Under the pieces are notes generated by a model. That model was given only the letters and a program-made list of their open reading frames with translations, did no database searches and had not been told where the DNA came from. From an uncultured delta proteobacterium (GTDB taxonomy: Bacteria > Desulfobacterota > RBG-13-43-22), in assembly GCA_963790475.1 (NCBI GenBank), contig CAWBOS010000012.1, positions 384,001-448,000 on the forward strand: a stretch of DNA of 64,000 nucleotides, written 5' to 3'. Both the position numbers and the translations under genes were made by a program. This document shows positions 60,077 through 64,000 of this stretch, piece by piece (positions within the stretch are counted from its first letter, which is position 1; each line of letters starts with the position of its first letter).

Positions 60077-60321
60077 CGGTGATCTTCCCCTTCGATCTGA
60101 GATAGGAGCGCCTGGATGTTGTCCAGATTCCTCCCGGCTTTCAATCCCATCTTGTGGGGGCGGGTGTGATAGGGTCGGGTTTGCGGAGAGGTTTCTTCAA
60201 CGATCTGCAATCCGGTACGCAGCGCCTCATTAACCACACGCCGAAAGGGCGCACGGAGTTTTGCCGCAACGGCTTTCGCTTTGTCCAGAACATCGTCGTC
60301 TATGGTAAGTGTTGTTCTCAT
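60073..60321 (-). CDS. VapB-family antitoxin (RHH)
   Basis: MRTTLTIDDDVL..VVNEALRTGL; overlaps the toxin start; promoter TTGACA with palindrome CATCACGACGCATGATG upstream. Confidence 0.9.
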   Translation of the reverse strand: MRTTLTIDDDVLDKAKAVAAKLRAPFRRVVNEALRTGLQIVEETSPQTRPYHTRPHKMGLKAGRNLDNIQALLSQIEGEDHR

Positions 60322-60372
60322 AATATCATCATAGCATCATGCGTCGTGATGTCAAGGCATCATTTTTTGTTG

Positions 60373-60438
60373 GGCGAACGGTGAACCTGACCAGCAGGCG
60401 CAGTTTTTAGCCCGTCTGCGTACAGGCACTGGTTATGT
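60373..60438 (-). mobile_element. Integron attC site
   Basis: R'' ACATAAC, 5 bp, L'' CCTGTACG ... L' GGTCAGG, 6 bp, R' GTTCGCC; extrahelical base in L''. Confidence 0.65.
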
Positions 60439-60455
60439 ATTAATGTTTCAACTAT

Positions 60456-61088
60456 TCAATATGTCTCTCTTAACTCGTTAAAAACAAGACTATTTTCAAG
60501 AGAAGAGTTTTTCGCTATGATCTCCCAAGGAGGAAGGAGCTTATCTTCTGTTCCTTTAGTTAGGTTTCTTTGGAACCAGTACCCATTTTCGAAAGAAAGC
60601 TGTATCTTTTTTCCACCGACTGGACGCTCTGAATAATGCCCCAGTCGCTCAATACCCCTACCAGAAATTTTTATTGCTGGATATAAACCACCAACAGTCA
60701 TTTCTCCTTGTTTTTCAAGATATCTTCGAATAACGCCACGCAGTTCCAATGCTTCGTAAAATGAATTTCCACAATCAAAGGCAAATATGGAGTCGTAGTA
60801 CATATCTATAACTTCTCTCGCTTTTTCACCAGACCCGATTACAACGTAGTTCAGCGGTTTAAAAGGAACCATTTTAGAAGAAGGAGATTGGAGAACGTAC
60901 AATATCCCTGTTGAAGTACCAGACAACGAGATTTTCTCATATTGGTCCGGTATTTTTAGTAGTTCTATTATGAAATAGGGGATATCACTACACAAAAGAG
61001 GTTCTTCCTGATTTTCAGAAGTTCCTATTGGCCAAGAAACTGGTATCTTAAAAGAAGCCCCTTTTTTAAAATTTTTTATGGTTGACAA
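60456..61088 (-). CDS. Low-GC hypothetical protein, probably a 5'-truncated gene cassette
   Basis: Long AT-rich ORF ending just before an attC site; its TTG start overlaps the rplU -35 box, so the true start is uncertain. Confidence 0.5.
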   Translation of the reverse strand: MSTIKNFKKGASFKIPVSWPIGTSENQEEPLLCSDIPYFIIELLKIPDQYEKISLSGTSTGILYVLQSPSSKMVPFKPLNYVVIGSGEKAREVIDMYYDSIFAFDCGNSFYEALELRGVIRRYLEKQGEMTVGGLYPAIKISGRGIERLGHYSERPVGGKKIQLSFENGYWFQRNLTKGTEDKLLPPWEIIAKNSSLENSLVFNELRETY

Positions 61089-61142
61089 AAATTGTATTTG
61101 AAGTTATTATTTCCATTTAAAAATTTTTACGAGGGAATAGCC

Positions 61143-61457
61143 ATGTATGCCATTATTCAAACCGGGGGAAAACAGTACCAGGTTGCCCCTGGAGATGTGA
61201 TTCGGATCGAAACCTTAGAGGGCGAAAAAGGGACAACGGTATCCATACCCAAGGTCCTGTTTGTCGCCCGGGACCAGGAAATTATGGTCGGTAAACCTTA
61301 TTTGGAAGGGGTTTCGGTGGTAGGGGAAATCCTGCACCAGGGTCGAGATCGTAAGATTTTGATTTTTAAACATAAGAGAAGAAAAGGGTACAAGAAAATG
61401 GTCGGGCATCGGCAGCCCTATACCCAGTTTAAAATAAACGAAATCCAAGGGATTTAG
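61143..61457 (+). CDS. rplU: 50S ribosomal protein L21
   Basis: [27 protein letters not shown]. Confidence 0.97.
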   Translation: MYAIIQTGGKQYQVAPGDVIRIETLEGEKGTTVSIPKVLFVARDQEIMVGKPYLEGVSVVGEILHQGRDRKILIFKHKRRKGYKKMVGHRQPYTQFKINEIQGI

Positions 61458-61467
61458 AGGGGTTTTT

Positions 61468-61716
61468 ATGGCACATAAAAAAGCAGGCGGCAGTTCCAGA
61501 AACGGCCGGGACAGCGAAGGACAACGGTTTGGAATCAAGCGATATGGCGGCCAGAAGGTCAAGGCCGGGAATATCCTGGTCCGGCAGGTGGGAACCAAAT
61601 TTCATCCTGGTGAAAATGTAGGGTTGGGAAAGGATTTTACGATCTTTGCCAAAATAGATGGGGTGGTAACCTTCGAGCGCTGGGGAAAAGACCGAAAAAG
61701 GATCAGCGTCTATTGA
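61468..61716 (+). CDS. rpmA: 50S ribosomal protein L27
   Basis: [25 protein letters not shown]. Confidence 0.98.
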   Translation: MAHKKAGGSSRNGRDSEGQRFGIKRYGGQKVKAGNILVRQVGTKFHPGENVGLGKDFTIFAKIDGVVTFERWGKDRKRISVY

Positions 61717-61827
61717 TGATTTCATCCTCCCTTGCAGCTTAGACCATAACCCCATTTTGTTTCTAACCTTTCCAATCTACCCGGTTGCCAGACCTTAGTG
61801 GGTAGGGAATAAGCTCGCCAGATATCT

Positions 61828-62856
61828 TTGAAATTCTTTGATGAGGCCAAGATTTTTGTTCGATCCGGAGATGGGGGCAATGGATGCCTCAGCTTCCGAC
61901 GGGAGAAGTTCATACCCCGGGGAGGGCCGGATGGCGGAGACGGGGGCAAGGGCGGCGATGTCCTGATTACCGCCTCCTCCCAGAGCCAGACCCTCCAGGA
62001 TTATCACTTTCACCAGCATTTCAAGGCCCCCAAAGGGGCCCACGGTCAGGGGAATGATCGACATGGCCGAAATGGACGGGACATCCGGCTCATCGTTCCC
62101 TTGGGGACCCTGGTTCGGGAAGCGGAAACCAAGCAGATCCTGGCGGATTTAACCCAAGAAGGGCAGACCCTGGTCGTCGCCCAGGGAGGGAGAGGGGGCA
62201 AGGGGAATAAACACTTTGCCACGGCCACCCATCGGACCCCGAGATTCGCCCAAAAAGGAGAGCCGGGGACTGAGGCCTGGTTGTTATTGGAGTTAAAAGT
62301 ATTGGCCCACATTGGCTTGGTGGGCCTGCCCAATGCCGGGAAATCAACCCTCCTTTCCCAGCTTTCAGCAGCCAAACCCAAAATTTCCGACTACCCCTTT
62401 ACTACACTGACCCCCAATTTGGGGATTCTCGAAGACGATCATGGCCAGCGTTTGACCATTGCCGATATTCCGGGAATTATCGCCGGTGCCAGCGCCGGGG
62501 CCGGTCTGGGACTCAAATTTCTCAAACACATTGAACGCACTCAGGTCCTTTTGTTTTTGATTGACGGCTCCTTAACCGGGGAAGAACCTTTTCTTTCCTA
62601 TCAGACTCTGAATAAAGAATTGGAGGCCTATAATCCAGACCTCTTGAGTAAATCCCGACTGGTGGTAGTCAATAAAATGGACTTGCCCGGTGCGAAGGCC
62701 CATTTGGCCAATATCCAAAAAGCCTTTAAAAAACTCCGCCTGGAGGTCATCCCGATATCGGCAAAAACCGGCGAAGGTATCCCCGCCCTTATTGAACGTC
62801 TGTTTACTATACATGCTAACCGGACTTTGGCGGGCACCTCGAAGAAGGAAAGTTAA
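61828..62856 (+). CDS. obgE: GTPase ObgE
   Basis: GDGGNG..SFRREKFIPRGGPDGGDGG, GLPNAGKST, YPFTT, DIPG, NKMD. Confidence 0.97.
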   Translation: MKFFDEAKIFVRSGDGGNGCLSFRREKFIPRGGPDGGDGGKGGDVLITASSQSQTLQDYHFHQHFKAPKGAHGQGNDRHGRNGRDIRLIVPLGTLVREAETKQILADLTQEGQTLVVAQGGRGGKGNKHFATATHRTPRFAQKGEPGTEAWLLLELKVLAHIGLVGLPNAGKSTLLSQLSAAKPKISDYPFTTLTPNLGILEDDHGQRLTIADIPGIIAGASAGAGLGLKFLKHIERTQVLLFLIDGSLTGEEPFLSYQTLNKELEAYNPDLLSKSRLVVVNKMDLPGAKAHLANIQKAFKKLRLEVIPISAKTGEGIPALIERLFTIHANRTLAGTSKKES

Positions 62857-62884
62857 ACAAGGGATTCAATGCAAGGTAATAGCA

Positions 62885-64000
62885 ATGGATAAACAGAACG
62901 GATTGACCGATCAACGGAAGGCCTTGCTCAAAGGGATAAAAAAGATCGTCATCAAAATCGGCAGTGCAGTCCTGACCGATAACGGGGTCTTGCATCATCC
63001 GACTATAGTCCGTCTGGCCGCTGATATCGCTTTTTTGAGAAAGAAAGGGTATCAAACGGTCATTGTCAGTTCCGGGGCCATTGCCTCCGGAGTGGGCAAG
63101 CTGGGTCTGAGCCGGAAACCCGATACGATTCCCCGGAAACAGGCCGTGGCGGCTATCGGGCAAGGAAGTTTGATGTATGCCTATGAAGAGGCCTTCAATA
63201 CCCATCAGTTGCTGGTGGCCCAGATACTATTGACCCGTGAAGACCTGACCAATCGTCAACGGTACTTGAATGCTCATAACACCTTGATCACCCTTCTGGA
63301 GTGGGGAATCATACCGATTATCAACGAAAATGATACCGTCGCGGTGGACGAAATCAAATTCGGAGATAATGACAATCTTTCAGCCTTGATCGCCCATTTA
63401 ATAGAAAGCGATTTGTTAATCGTCCTCACCGATACCGATGGACTTTATGATCGGGACCCCCGGGACGATTCCCGTGCCCGTTTAATTCCCGTGGTGGAAG
63501 AGGTGGATGATACGGTCGTCGAATACACATCGAATTTTTCAGGGCAATGGGGATTGGGAGGGATGCGCTCCAAGATTATGGCAGCCCGAAAGGTCACCGC
63601 CGGGGGTATTCCGGTCATTGTCGCCAGCGGCCGGAAAGAGGGGGTTTTACAGGAGATCATCAAAGGGAAACCCTTGGGCACCCTTTTTCTTCCTCAAAAA
63701 CCGACCCTGAGCCGGAAGAAACATTGGATCGCCTTTACCCTTAAACACAAAGGGGATATCATCGTCGATGAAGGGGCCAAAAAGGCGGTGCTGGAAAAGG
63801 GCAAGAGTTTGCTCCCTTCCGGGGTGATAGAAGTGAAGGGGCGTTTTGGGATCGGGGCCTGTGTCCGCCTGTTGGATCAAAAAGCCTGTGTGATCGGAAA
63901 AGGGTTGGTCAATTATTCGTCTTCGGATATAATAAAAATTCGCGGACTGAAAACCTCGGAAATCGAAGAGAGACTGGAATTTAAACATTCCGATGAAGTG
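62885..64000 (+). CDS. proB: Glutamate 5-kinase (3' end runs off the window)
   Basis: Manual translation from ATG 62885: IVIKIGSAVL, VSSGAIASG, AAIGQ, PIINENDTV, FGDNDNLSA, PUA domain SLLPSG..KGLVNY. Confidence 0.95.
   Translation, partial: MDKQNGLTDQRKALLKGIKKIVIKIGSAVLTDNGVLHHPTIVRLAADIAFLRKKGYQTVIVSSGAIASGVGKLGLSRKPDTIPRKQAVAAIGQGSLMYAYEEAFNTHQLLVAQILLTREDLTNRQRYLNAHNTLITLLEWGIIPIINENDTVAVDEIKFGDNDNLSALIAHLIESDLLIVLTDTDGLYDRDPRDDSRARLIPVVEEVDDTVVEYTSNFSGQWGLGGMRSKIMAARKVTAGGIPVIVASGRKEGVLQEIIKGKPLGTLFLPQKPTLSRKKHWIAFTLKHKGDIIVDEGAKKAVLEKGKSLLPSGVIEVKGRFGIGACVRLLDQKACVIGKGLVNYSSSDIIKIRGLKTSEIEERLEFKHSDEV

Overview
Chromosomal window from an anaerobic deltaproteobacterium-like organism (Desulfobacterota-type gene content, inferred from the split atpF'FHAGDC operon, sigma54 systems and the alaC-hom-apgM cluster). 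The left ~28 kb is an accessory anaerobic organic-acid catabolism island. It holds two acyl-CoA ligases, an AbfD/HpaB-family flavoprotein lacking its canonical Fe-S ligands, two Liv-type ABC transporters, TetR and GntR regulators, and two tandem divergent glycyl radical enzymes (GREs) with one activase. The GRE operon and a divergent pair of uncharacterised Cys-rich Fe-S proteins are preceded by near-identical promoters with the same ATTAC-N4-GTAAT operator, which suggests one undescribed GRE regulon. This is the top candidate system. The right part is mostly housekeeping: ndk, leuCD, atp, two tRNA-Ser, bamD, trxBA, alaC, hom, rplU, rpmA, obgE, proB. It also contains an IlvY regulator with an ilvC-type operator now facing leuCD, tandem NrdR-like boxes before a 61-aa Cys-rich ORF, a sigma54 two-component/archaemetzincin/non-lipoylated GcvH-like module, and an integrase-less integron cassette remnant (attC-vapBC-attC-tfoX). 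All calls were made by eye from sequence and recalled family motifs; no database searches were run.
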